This document shows positions 1 to 10,642 of a stretch of DNA of 64,000 nt, one piece after another. Under the pieces are notes generated by a model. That model was given only the letters and a program-made list of their open reading frames with translations. It was not told the DNA's origin and ran no database searches. Source of the DNA: Clostridia bacterium (lineage in GTDB: Bacteria > Bacillota > Clostridia > Peptostreptococcales > Anaerovoracaceae); assembly GCA_900754795.1 (NCBI GenBank), contig CAAEEA010000081.1, forward strand, positions 6,314 to 70,313, given 5' to 3'. Numbering within the stretch: position 1 is the stretch's first letter; every line of letters starts with the position of its first letter. The translations under genes were made by a program, and so were the position numbers.

Positions 1-1501
<1,501 letters not shown>

Positions 1502-1577
1502 TCAAACCGAATAGGATACGGCAACAACATATCACAACTCGGTCGAGTAGTCCAGCGACTTTGCTGAAACAGTTTTG

Positions 1578-1781
1578 TTAACTTTTTCGACCGTTGATAA
1601 GGTATTTCAGTTTGTCCTTCGCTTCTTCCGTATCCTCACTGACAGAGAAACAAGACAGTACGGGATACTGCTTTCCTTCAACGGTCAGCACGTAACCGAG
1701 ACCGATATGCTGTGCTTCTCCTAATTCTTTCTGTAATTTCAAATTTTTCTCTCTACGCTTTTTCAGTAATTCAAAATCCAT
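1578..1781 (-). CDS. Small hypothetical protein (67 aa) upstream of the recombinase.
   Basis: Internal Met of the 106-aa track ORF (MDFELLKKRREKNLKLQKELGEAQ...), preceded by AAAGGAGAAAATATC-ATG. The longer N-terminal extension is Cys/Arg-rich and has no RBS. Confidence 0.5.
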   Translation of the reverse strand: MDFELLKKRREKNLKLQKELGEAQHIGLGYVLTVEGKQYPVLSCFSVSEDTEEAKDKLKYLINGRKS

Positions 1782-2287
1782 GATATTTTCTCCTTTCTTG
1801 CTACAACCCCTATCACAGCACCTATATTTTTCCCTTAAACACGGCACTTTCGGGGATCTGTGGCACCGTATACTGGCACAAGGCCTCTTTTGTGGCACCT
1901 AACTTTTTCAGTGTCCAAAATCCCGAAAACCCTTGTGCGGTCGGGGTTTCCGGCCGCTGTGATCCGAGTCGAGGGGCGTTTACGACCCCGACTCTTTCTC
2001 CTGCTTGATTTTCGACCCATCGAAAATGCCTGAAAGCTGCCTTGTATCACACCATATTTTGCCGTTTCAACCTTGCTCTCAAATCGCCCCAAACGGGCGA
2101 TTTTCTTTTTGGGCGAGTGTTCCTCGTATCTCTGTGTTCTTCGGCACACAGGCGGTCTGTGGGCGACACACGGGCATTCCGTGGAGGTAATCTATTCTCT
2201 TTTTTCTGTTGTAGTAGTTCCTGGGTTTTGTTCTATGGGTTTTCTTCTTGATAGGAAATCCTGACACTATCCAATGAAAGATTTACT

Positions 2288-2575
2288 CTACTCCAAAAGG
2301 CTTGCCACGTAGTAGAGGTTGCTCGTTCTCGTTCCGTCCTCTCGGTGCCGCTGAATCTTTTTCACCAGACCGAGGGATGAGAGATTTTCAATGGCAGAGT
2401 CAACGGTTTTCCTATCCATCCCGCACTCCTTTGCGATGACTCTCCGCGAGGGAAAGCAAGAGCCATCCTTGCTGTCACTGTGCCGAAGCAAACAGCAATA
2501 CACGGCGAAGTCTCTCGGCTTCAGTTCTAAATCAAAGATTCGATTGGGAACCATAAAGAAATTCTTGTGCTGCAT
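2288..2575 (-). CDS. Winged-helix/HTH DNA-binding protein (95 aa) typical of recombinase-linked mobile-element modules.
   Basis: Internal Met (MQHKNFFMVPNRIFDLELKPRDFAVYCCLLRHSD...SRRVIAKECGMDRKTVDSAIENLSSLGLVKK) with RBS AAAGGAGGATCGG-ATG. The HTH signature is IAKECGMDRKTV. Confidence 0.6.
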   Translation of the reverse strand: MQHKNFFMVPNRIFDLELKPRDFAVYCCLLRHSDSKDGSCFPSRRVIAKECGMDRKTVDSAIENLSSLGLVKKIQRHREDGTRTSNLYYVASLLE

Positions 2576-2966
2576 CCGATCCTCCTTTCGTTTGTGTTGA
2601 TTCTGAATTTTGATACAATCATTCACATTCCACCTTTCGATTTTTATGTAATCAAGGCGAGAGAGCAAAACAAAAAGACCCGCACCTACATGGGTACGGA
2701 AACACAAACAGGCGAACAAAATTGTTCGCTTAAAATGTTCCGTGCCGATGTATGTACGAGTCTATAACTCTGAATGGATGATCGTTGTCTTTCAAACGAA
2801 AGGATGACAGTAGTAACTGTCGTGGCACATATTATTCAATTTTCAGCCAATCTCTCGGTGCCCTTATTATACCATACGCAGGAAACTTTTGTCAAGGCAG
2901 GGTGAATAGTTTAGCTTTTAGTAGATATAATTCTTGCTTTACTAATCTTTTCATCTCTAAAACATA

Positions 2967-3007
2967 GAAACAAATGCTCCCCACTTTGAATGGGGAGCAT
3001 TTGTTTC
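2967..3007 (-). terminator. Intrinsic terminator hairpin just downstream of the helicase stop.
   Basis: Perfect 17-bp stem GAAACAAATGCTCCCCA / TGGGGAGCATTTGTTTC with a 7-nt loop, 4 nt after the TAA at 3012-3014. Confidence 0.75.
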
Positions 3008-3011
3008 TTAG

Positions 3012-6000
3012 TTAGAATGGTAACGAAACAGAAAGCTCATCTTCCTCTAGTGTTTCAACTGTTCCTACAAATTGTTGCAAGAATTCAATTGCTAATTTTC
3101 TGTCGAGCAAATCGTGAATCTTTTGATTTTCGTAACTACGCAAGCAGTTATAGCACGACGGTTCGCAATTACATTCACTCATCGATCTCAACGCCGACAT
3201 GAAGATGCTATGCAGCATTTTTCCGTCCTTGGTTACCAATCTTCTTGAGTGACCAGCACCGCCGGGAACGGAGTCGTAAATAACGATAGAGAAATTTAAA
3301 ATTCCATTAATGAGTTTGGCTGATAAGCACGCCTTAATATCTCGTCTTTCAATATTCAGATCTTTTGCCATCGCATTCAAGATCGCATACATTACCGACA
3401 CCATTGTATTATAGTCGGATGTGTTGCACTTGAAGGATATTTTAGCAACATCGGTTTTGAATTCATGATGGAGAGAGCGACGAACAAGTTCATGACAATT
3501 ACAGTTATACTGTCCATACAAGCTTTCGTGTGATTTTGTCGTCGTTACGGACAGTGCTCCACTACGCATCTGCTTTTCAATTTCTCTTTCGCCAATACCT
3601 TCATCTTCTGCTACTGCATAACCGCAGAGAGGACAAACATAGAAATTGCTAACAGATTTAACCATCAAGGAATCATTCGTTGTAGATTCGACCTGGATTT
3701 CTATTGAATTAAACAGATACTTATGCTTATCTATCGTTCTTGCAGCAACATTCCCAATGTAATAGTCTTCTGAACGATAATTTTTCTCCTGACGAGTCAT
3801 AGGTACATCTCGATCTTGTCGTTCGGCAACAAATCCCGAGCGCGGTTCTATACTTTCGTAGAAATCCATTTTGAACAGTTTTCTACCACAAGCCGAACAA
3901 GGGATGCCCTCACTTGTTATAGGCGTGATGCTGTAATTTACAGTATTGCAATCCTTATTTCGGCACACTCCAATATATCCCGTGTACCAGTCCTGCTTAT
4001 CTTTGCCTGTTGCGGATTTCTTGATGTAACGACTCGTATATAGTCTGCCGTCAGCGACAACCTCCGAGGAAGGCGCGTATTCAGCTATTGCAATCTGCAG
4101 ATCTCTGCTCAACCTCAACTTAGAAACATTGTTTGCAGTTGTATTTTGCTGTAGCTCAACAGTATTAACGGGGAAACCGTATCTCGGCAGTATATTTCCA
4201 CGAGCCAAGAAATCAATCAGCTTGTTTTTCTTGTAATGCTGAAGCTTTCTTTCGCACATAGCGGCTTTTGCCAAATCGTTTTCCCTCTTGAATTGCTTAA
4301 TTAACTTTTCAAAGTTTTTGATATTGTTCTCATATTCCTGAATCAATTGTGTGAACACCCCTTCGGGGCCGCTGAATTCTTCAATCCAAGAGAAATCATC
4401 AATACCGAGACGCTTATGCAAATTATCAAGATCTGGGATGGATGCCTTCAGCATATCTAAAAGTCTTTGAGGATGGCTATTGATCCACTCAATAAAGCCC
4501 TCGTATCCCTTTAGATTTATAAATTTATCGGCATCGTTATGATTGTATTGATCCTCGTGATCAGCAAAATATATGCTCAAAGCAACCGCATAGATATGTC
4601 TGCGAACAATCTTCTCGTTATCCACCTTAAAGAGCGGAGGAAGTATCGTTCCACCTATCATTCGCTTGGGATCTTTGAAGAATGCTAAGTCGTGAGAACT
4701 TAACTTTGCAAATGTAAGCACAAACGCTGCTGCATCAAGGCTACGACCTGCACGTCCGGCACGCTGTGCGTAGTTGGACGGCAGAGGAGGAACATCTCGC
4801 AAAAATACGGTTTCAAGGTCTCCAACGTCCACACCCATTTCGAAGGTGGTAGAGCAAGAAAGCGCATTGATTTCCTTCTTGATAAACTGCTCCTGATATT
4901 CTGCGCTCTCTTTTTTACTGAGCTGTGCTGTATGCTCTTTGATGAGCAATGGCGACATTCTATCGCTCATATACAGCTTTGCAAAGTGGTTATCTCTCGT
5001 AATATCATCGGGCGAGATCCGGGCGAGCTTTCCTTCGCATCTGACAGAAGGACAATGACCTAAATTGAACTGTGTGATCTTACCGCATTTCTTACAACGA
5101 TACCAATGTGCATTAGGAGAGCCGTTGATCTTTACGACAAAATGCTTTGCTCGAAGCACATAAGTTCCGTCTTTATTCAGATCATCCATACAATACGGAT
5201 TATCGCATTCAGGATCGGAAAGATACTCAAAGTACTGCGTTAAAAATTCTATCGCACGATCTTCGGATATACCAAGTGTGGAGCAAACATAATACAGACG
5301 ATTGGATTTATAGTATCCGTTTCCATTGCTCTTGCTTTTAGGCATCCAATTTGATACCGTTGCTCTCTTTCTTTCGGGTGATTGCATGAAAGCAACGAAT
5401 CTCTGCGACGGAGTAAAGAATATGTATTCTCGGTCATTATCATCAATATCACTATCGGAGTCTGTGTATATTGCTCCCATTTTAACGATTTCGAAGATTA
5501 ACAAATCGAGCAATGCCTTTACCGAAACAGGATCGGCATTATACAACTCCGCAATGCTTTCAACAATTTCCGGCGTATTACCTTTATACTCGAATTGTAT
5601 TTGACCTAACGCAGTAAGCGAGGTGGTAGAGTTATATCGAGCCAATTCGTTGAGAAGTGCAACCCAAGCGTTCTTACGACTATCAAGTGTAAGATTGCTT
5701 TCATCCGAATTACTCTTTGCAAAGCTTTTCTTTGCTGTGAAGTAATTAGTAAGCAAGGTAACAAAATCGGATATCGTATATTCATGGGATACGATTTCGT
5801 CTTTTCTTTCCGCAATGATGCGACAGATGCCACGTCTACGCAAGAATTCGTTATAGCTCTTACCTAAATAACACGCAAACTTAGCTGCTTCTTGTCTACT
5901 ATCGGAGAAAGCCAAGAACTGTCTGCCGGTCTTTCTTGCGACCTTTTTGTTTGCAGTTGCCGCCCTTGCGAAAATGTTTTTAGCTTTGGTTTGGTCTTCG

Positions 6001-7862
6001 CTTTCAACATATTCGATTTCGGGAAGCTCTTCATACAAAGAGGTTGCCAAAACAGCCGTTGCTGCATCATTACCAAGATATAACCTCTTATAATGACCAG
6101 TGTGACAGTTTCCGCATCTCGCTCCTATTTTGAGGATTTTCGCCTTAATGACCTTGATATAGTTTTCCTTGCCGCAATCGCAAGGCAGATTATGAATCTC
6201 ATTTTCGGCAACGATTGCTCCGCAGATCGGGCAGAGATAGAACACTTCTTTCTTTCCGTCGGTTTCGTCCTCAATGTCATCATCTTCAATATCGGCATTA
6301 TCATCGGCATCGAGATAGTAATATTCGACTTCTTCCTCGAGCTTGCTTGCCTGAACCAATCTACGACTTTCAATTTTGCCGACCAGTGCAATTCTTCCGC
6401 AATCATCACAAACGGCTGCTTCAAATACAGCAGATTCCTTGCCGTTCTCCCAATAGGTTCTTTGGCGGTTCAAGAACAACCGCTTATCTCCATTCAGAGT
6501 AATATAACAACCTTCGAGGCTACGGATAAAGAAGTGATACCTTGCATCAATCAAGGATTTTTTGTTCTTTTGTGCGCGAGTGCAAAGCGAAATGAACGCA
6601 ATTGCACCATCCATGTTAACAGATAACTTTTCACCGATCTCAGACAACTCGCAAATACCGCCAAGGCGGAGGCGCAATGCATGGTATAGATCAGAGGTCA
6701 GCAAGAAATCATACAGAAGCTCTTTTTCGTCAGTTGCTTTATCAACATTAAATCCGTAATCATTCAGAACCTGCCACACAAAATTTTCGCCATCCGCTAA
6801 CTTTTCATATAACTCGTTTGGATATTTTTTTATCGTGGCATTAGGAACATACGGCTCTCGTTCGGCTCTGATAATATACTTCTTGTCAAAGCTTACACCA
6901 CAGAGGTTTTCTGCAAATGTGATAATATCATCGTCTACGCTGCTATCACTACCCAAAGTAGCACTCGTTAGGATAAAGCGTGTATCCTTGGTAGCCGAAA
7001 TTCTTGCTTTTAATCTACGAAGAAGGATCGAAGTTTCGATACCTGTTGCTCCTGTGTAAATATGTGCTTCGTCCAAAACAACAAATCTAAAATCCGCATT
7101 TGAGAAAAGCACATCATCCTTCGGACGCAACAGCAAATGTTCGAGCATCGCATAGTTGGTAAACAAGATGTTCGGAGGATTCTTCTTCATCTCGTCACGA
7201 GATAGAATTTCGTTAGGCAATCTGTGGCGAAGCTCAGGCACTTTTTCTTTTGCGAACATAGCTTCATATACGGCAATAGCACTTTCTTCATCATTTTCTG
7301 TGCCGCCATTATATGCGCCGAAGGTTATATCAGGATAGCACATCAAGATCTCCCTGATATTCTTCATTTGGTCGTTTGCGAGAGCATTCATCGGATAAAT
7401 GAATAATGCACGAACACCTTTGCCGAGCGTACCTTGCTCCTTTTCTCGTAACAGTTCATTTAATACGGGAATTAAGAAGCAGTTCGTTTTACCACTACCT
7501 GTACCGGTAGAAACAACTGCGTTATTTCCACCAACGATAGCACGAATTGCTTTTTCCTGATGCAGATACAAGTTACGAGTTATCGGAAGTTTGTGCTTAT
7601 GTAACTTATCGTTCGGCTTGCCTGCTTCAAGCTCTCTGAACAGCGGAGAAAGAGGACAATCTGCATCCTCAATCATTTCTTCGATTGATTTGCCGCTCTT
7701 AAATACATCTTTAATTTCAAGCAATGGGCCGCGAGCAATATTCGCCCTTAACTCTTTTACAAACTGCTCTTGTAAAGAAGGATTCGCAAACGCATGCGTT
7801 GTCGCTATGTAGTCTATAAATTCTTCTTTTATGTTTGATGATGCTTTAGCCGGATTGAACAT
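3012..7862 (-). CDS. 1616-aa SF2 DEAH-box helicase with Zn-ribbon insertions and a C-terminal DUF1998/MrfA-type Zn-binding domain (COG1205-like; DruE-like).
   Basis: Motif I STGTGSGKT (7485-7511), motif II DEAH (7062-7073), motif III TSAT, motif IV-like FLAFSDSRQ, motif V TFEMGVDVG, motif VI QRAGRAGR (4743-4766). The C-terminus has GGAGHSRRL and CNCEPSCYNC...YENQ..H..LDR (3144-3173). RBS GAGGAGGTG; the ATG lies 1 nt after the upstream stop. Confidence 0.9.
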   Translation of the reverse strand: MFNPAKASSNIKEEFIDYIATTHAFANPSLQEQFVKELRANIARGPLLEIKDVFKSGKSIEEMIEDADCPLSPLFRELEAGKPNDKLHKHKLPITRNLYLHQEKAIRAIVGGNNAVVSTGTGSGKTNCFLIPVLNELLREKEQGTLGKGVRALFIYPMNALANDQMKNIREILMCYPDITFGAYNGGTENDEESAIAVYEAMFAKEKVPELRHRLPNEILSRDEMKKNPPNILFTNYAMLEHLLLRPKDDVLFSNADFRFVVLDEAHIYTGATGIETSILLRRLKARISATKDTRFILTSATLGSDSSVDDDIITFAENLCGVSFDKKYIIRAEREPYVPNATIKKYPNELYEKLADGENFVWQVLNDYGFNVDKATDEKELLYDFLLTSDLYHALRLRLGGICELSEIGEKLSVNMDGAIAFISLCTRAQKNKKSLIDARYHFFIRSLEGCYITLNGDKRLFLNRQRTYWENGKESAVFEAAVCDDCGRIALVGKIESRRLVQASKLEEEVEYYYLDADDNADIEDDDIEDETDGKKEVFYLCPICGAIVAENEIHNLPCDCGKENYIKVIKAKILKIGARCGNCHTGHYKRLYLGNDAATAVLATSLYEELPEIEYVESEDQTKAKNIFARAATANKKVARKTGRQFLAFSDSRQEAAKFACYLGKSYNEFLRRRGICRIIAERKDEIVSHEYTISDFVTLLTNYFTAKKSFAKSNSDESNLTLDSRKNAWVALLNELARYNSTTSLTALGQIQFEYKGNTPEIVESIAELYNADPVSVKALLDLLIFEIVKMGAIYTDSDSDIDDNDREYIFFTPSQRFVAFMQSPERKRATVSNWMPKSKSNGNGYYKSNRLYYVCSTLGISEDRAIEFLTQYFEYLSDPECDNPYCMDDLNKDGTYVLRAKHFVVKINGSPNAHWYRCKKCGKITQFNLGHCPSVRCEGKLARISPDDITRDNHFAKLYMSDRMSPLLIKEHTAQLSKKESAEYQEQFIKKEINALSCSTTFEMGVDVGDLETVFLRDVPPLPSNYAQRAGRAGRSLDAAAFVLTFAKLSSHDLAFFKDPKRMIGGTILPPLFKVDNEKIVRRHIYAVALSIYFADHEDQYNHNDADKFINLKGYEGFIEWINSHPQRLLDMLKASIPDLDNLHKRLGIDDFSWIEEFSGPEGVFTQLIQEYENNIKNFEKLIKQFKRENDLAKAAMCERKLQHYKKNKLIDFLARGNILPRYGFPVNTVELQQNTTANNVSKLRLSRDLQIAIAEYAPSSEVVADGRLYTSRYIKKSATGKDKQDWYTGYIGVCRNKDCNTVNYSITPITSEGIPCSACGRKLFKMDFYESIEPRSGFVAERQDRDVPMTRQEKNYRSEDYYIGNVAARTIDKHKYLFNSIEIQVESTTNDSLMVKSVSNFYVCPLCGYAVAEDEGIGEREIEKQMRSGALSVTTTKSHESLYGQYNCNCHELVRRSLHHEFKTDVAKISFKCNTSDYNTMVSVMYAILNAMAKDLNIERRDIKACLSAKLINGILNFSIVIYDSVPGGAGHSRRLVTKDGKMLHSIFMSALRSMSECNCEPSCYNCLRSYENQKIHDLLDRKLAIEFLQQFVGTVETLEEDELSVSLPF

Positions 7863-7863
7863 T

Positions 7864-10620
7864 CTATTTCACCTCCTCGGTGCTAAAGAGGAAATAATCA
7901 ATTCCTCTCGTATTTCTATTAAAATTGCTAATTCTGTTTTTGGTGTCAAGAGTGAATTCACCTAAGAAGTCGTCCATATCGTCGGGATTAACACCGGCAA
8001 CGATGAAACAAGAATTTTCGCTCCTGAGTTCGAGCCTTATTGGATTGATATCATCGTATGTTCCTTCGCTGTTTGCCATGGTGTTCAAATAGGTTTTCCA
8101 ACCATCACGATTGATAATATAGGCACTTCCAGTATAATAATGACAGCCGTCAAACTCTCCTATATACCAAAGGTGATCCACATAGAAGGGCTTGATTTCC
8201 TCATACGAAGCCTTGCCTGTTAGCATTACCTTTTCAAAGCGCAGACTTTTGCCCTTGAAGCGAATCTTGTTGATATCGCCAAACACCACTTGTTGCTCGA
8301 ATAAGCGGAGAGGCTTTTCGATAAATCCAACTCGCTTCATCAAATCAACGGTAACATCATAAATACCTATTTCAAGCTCAGCTAATGAGAAGTATCTACT
8401 CTTATAGTTTTCATCGATGGTTTCGCTGACGTCGAAGCTATGCTTTACTGTATCATTCTCACAGAAAGAGATTCTGAATTTTGGCGTGGAATCGCCAACA
8501 AAAGATTTGCCCACATCCCACAGCATCTCTTTTCCGCTTATTACAAAAGGCGAGAATTTGAGTTTTTCCTTCAAGCAAACTGTTAAGATAGGAATAACAG
8601 CGATATCCTCAACTTTTACGAATACGATAATTTCATTCCTACCATCTTGCAGCATAGACCAGAGAGTTTCGCCAAGCTTAAATGAATTGAATGCTGCGCT
8701 GTCGGACAAAACAGTGTTGTTATCCAAGAACACTTGGTATCCCATTTCTGTAGGCAAATCAATAATAAGCTCTGCTGAATTGGAATAATTCCTATACCAC
8801 AAATCCTCTCCGTACTGCGATGAAAATTCGCTATCGCCAAATTTCCATCTTAACACGGGCGGAGAAAGAACGATATCGCCATCATCAAACGGAATCACAG
8901 CATTGCCTTGGTTGATATCAAACGATATGATTTTATCGTATTTTTCCGTATGGAAGCGCACTGTACCAATGTTTTCCTTATCAAAATACAGCTTTTTATC
9001 GTAGGTAATGCTTATGCTGTTAAACTTTACAACATTGTAGGACGTTTCAATTTTGTTATCCGCATAGCTGAAAATATTGATTTTCTGCGGTTCGCACACA
9101 TTGAGCAGTTCCGTGATGAAAAAGGTTTTATATCCTTCGCTTTCTTCGCAAGTGAACGCACTCAGTTTAAAGTCGGTAGATTCATAACGTACGCCGTATT
9201 TAGATATATCAATATCCGACTTTACGACAACTTGCAAATCACCATCGATGACGATAAATTCCTCGCCGTCGTGTATAAACTTTGTATTATTCTTTCGATC
9301 TGCGGTAATTCTTATGTTGCGTTTCTGTTTTTCAACTACGAAGAAAACCGTTCGCTTCGAACTTTGTAACAGTTCACCCTCTTGTGCCTGAAGAATATAC
9401 AAATTTGGTTCACCTGAAACTTTTTTTATACTTTCGGGATGTGCCGAGAACTCCTCTAATTTAGGCGCGAACAATATGTAGTTTCCGGGAAGACATTCCT
9501 CTTGCAGGATTTCCCTATGATCTCTAAAGACAACATACTCTCGAAACAAGCTTGTCTTTGAGTTGTAAATGACATCTCCGCAATGCACGATCTCCAAGAT
9601 GCAATCTATTATGCCATCCTCAAAAACGAGATTGTCTGCGAACAAAGACAGTTCCTTTGTTGCCATGGTAAGACCCGAACCGAATGTGTACATTTCTCTT
9701 TGGTCAACAAGCTCTCCGTTACGATAAATATTCAGAAGAGGCATATCGTAAAAATTGTTTTTCAGACGAATACTTGGTATTGTCAAAATAGCTTGTTTGC
9801 CGTTATAGCTATATTTAGGCCGAATCGTTGAGTAATCGGTTATTGCTCGTTCATATGATTTTCTCTTGGGTTTGGCAACGCCAAAGCTTTTTTCTTTTTC
9901 CGTCCACCAATCACGAACAAGGATATTATAATATCGGTCGTTATCAAGGATTTCTCCACCAAACACCCTGTCCAACAAGGAGATTGTGCCTTCGATATAC
10001 TTGACCATTTCTTCCGGACTGTCGATTGCCATTCGCTTGATTCCGGCACGCAAAAAATATACGCCACTACCAAGCTTGAGGTCATCCTCCAAAGATTTCT
10101 CATAAGAGAAGGTTCTCTTAAGCTCCTCAGCAACGAGAGCAAATGTGTCATCGTTCTTCGTATATGTAAAATTCATATCCTCGGAATACAGATTCCAACA
10201 CAATTCCAAAAAGGATTCCGTAGAGTTGAGCGGAGCGAATGCGTGCGCTAAAATAGTGGCGTAATAGCGTTTCGTACAACCTGACAAATACATGATTTTG
10301 CCACGTTTTCCGAGCCTGTCAATTACACTCGTGAGATATGTATATATTTTCTGTGAGCCATACGAGCCGATCAACTTTTTATAGATACAATCCCAAAAGG
10401 TATCCTCTTCTGACTTCCAAGTTTTTACGGCATTCACCATAGCAACAAAGACGAGTTCATCATATCCTTGCGATATGCTGTTCCCCCAACCGCCATCATA
10501 GTTGCGAAGCAAGCAGCCTGTAAAGTCATATACACGCGCTAATTCCTCGTCGGAAAACACATAGTTACCGACAAAAGTTTCATTCATTGCTTCGCTTATC
10601 TTTGGTAACAACTCTTTCAC
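7864..10620 (-). CDS. 918-aa protein of unknown function, translationally coupled to the helicase (possible DruH-like partner).
   Basis: Long uninterrupted ORF with a GTG start preceded by TAGGAGGATCTC. Codon usage is as AT-rich as the helicase. I found no Walker A, HNH, PLD (HxK) or PD-(D/E)xK signature by eye. Confidence 0.8.
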   Translation of the reverse strand: MKELLPKISEAMNETFVGNYVFSDEELARVYDFTGCLLRNYDGGWGNSISQGYDELVFVAMVNAVKTWKSEEDTFWDCIYKKLIGSYGSQKIYTYLTSVIDRLGKRGKIMYLSGCTKRYYATILAHAFAPLNSTESFLELCWNLYSEDMNFTYTKNDDTFALVAEELKRTFSYEKSLEDDLKLGSGVYFLRAGIKRMAIDSPEEMVKYIEGTISLLDRVFGGEILDNDRYYNILVRDWWTEKEKSFGVAKPKRKSYERAITDYSTIRPKYSYNGKQAILTIPSIRLKNNFYDMPLLNIYRNGELVDQREMYTFGSGLTMATKELSLFADNLVFEDGIIDCILEIVHCGDVIYNSKTSLFREYVVFRDHREILQEECLPGNYILFAPKLEEFSAHPESIKKVSGEPNLYILQAQEGELLQSSKRTVFFVVEKQKRNIRITADRKNNTKFIHDGEEFIVIDGDLQVVVKSDIDISKYGVRYESTDFKLSAFTCEESEGYKTFFITELLNVCEPQKINIFSYADNKIETSYNVVKFNSISITYDKKLYFDKENIGTVRFHTEKYDKIISFDINQGNAVIPFDDGDIVLSPPVLRWKFGDSEFSSQYGEDLWYRNYSNSAELIIDLPTEMGYQVFLDNNTVLSDSAAFNSFKLGETLWSMLQDGRNEIIVFVKVEDIAVIPILTVCLKEKLKFSPFVISGKEMLWDVGKSFVGDSTPKFRISFCENDTVKHSFDVSETIDENYKSRYFSLAELEIGIYDVTVDLMKRVGFIEKPLRLFEQQVVFGDINKIRFKGKSLRFEKVMLTGKASYEEIKPFYVDHLWYIGEFDGCHYYTGSAYIINRDGWKTYLNTMANSEGTYDDINPIRLELRSENSCFIVAGVNPDDMDDFLGEFTLDTKNRISNFNRNTRGIDYFLFSTEEVK

Positions 10621-10642
10621 GAGATCCTCCTAATAATGATTG

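Noticed and set aside
1861-1898. TGGCAC repeats read as sigma-54 (-24) promoter elements.
   Set aside because: No TTGC(-12) element follows any copy at the required 4-5-nt spacing.
1835-2267. Several 60-105-aa ORFs on both strands in the 1835-2267 gap.
   Set aside because: They overlap one another, are Arg/Lys/Cys-rich and low-complexity, and lack RBSs. I treat the region as non-coding (see finding).
2712-2729. Palindrome GCGAACAA-AA-TTGTTCGC upstream of the wHTH gene, which at first looks like a LexA/Cheo box.
   Set aside because: The GAAC and GTTC half-sites are 6 nt apart, not the 4 nt LexA boxes require. It may be another protein's operator, but I cannot support an SOS link.
3012-10620. 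Alternative readings of the helicase pair as DISARM, Hachiman or Zorya, or as a housekeeping MrfAB-type repair operon.
   Set aside because: The neighbourhood has no methyltransferase, PLD, DUF1837, MotAB-like or MrfB-exonuclease gene. The helicase is about twice the size of MrfA/YprA, and the cassette has foreign composition beside a recombinase. Druantia-III-like or novel remains the better fit, although a repair role is not strictly excluded.
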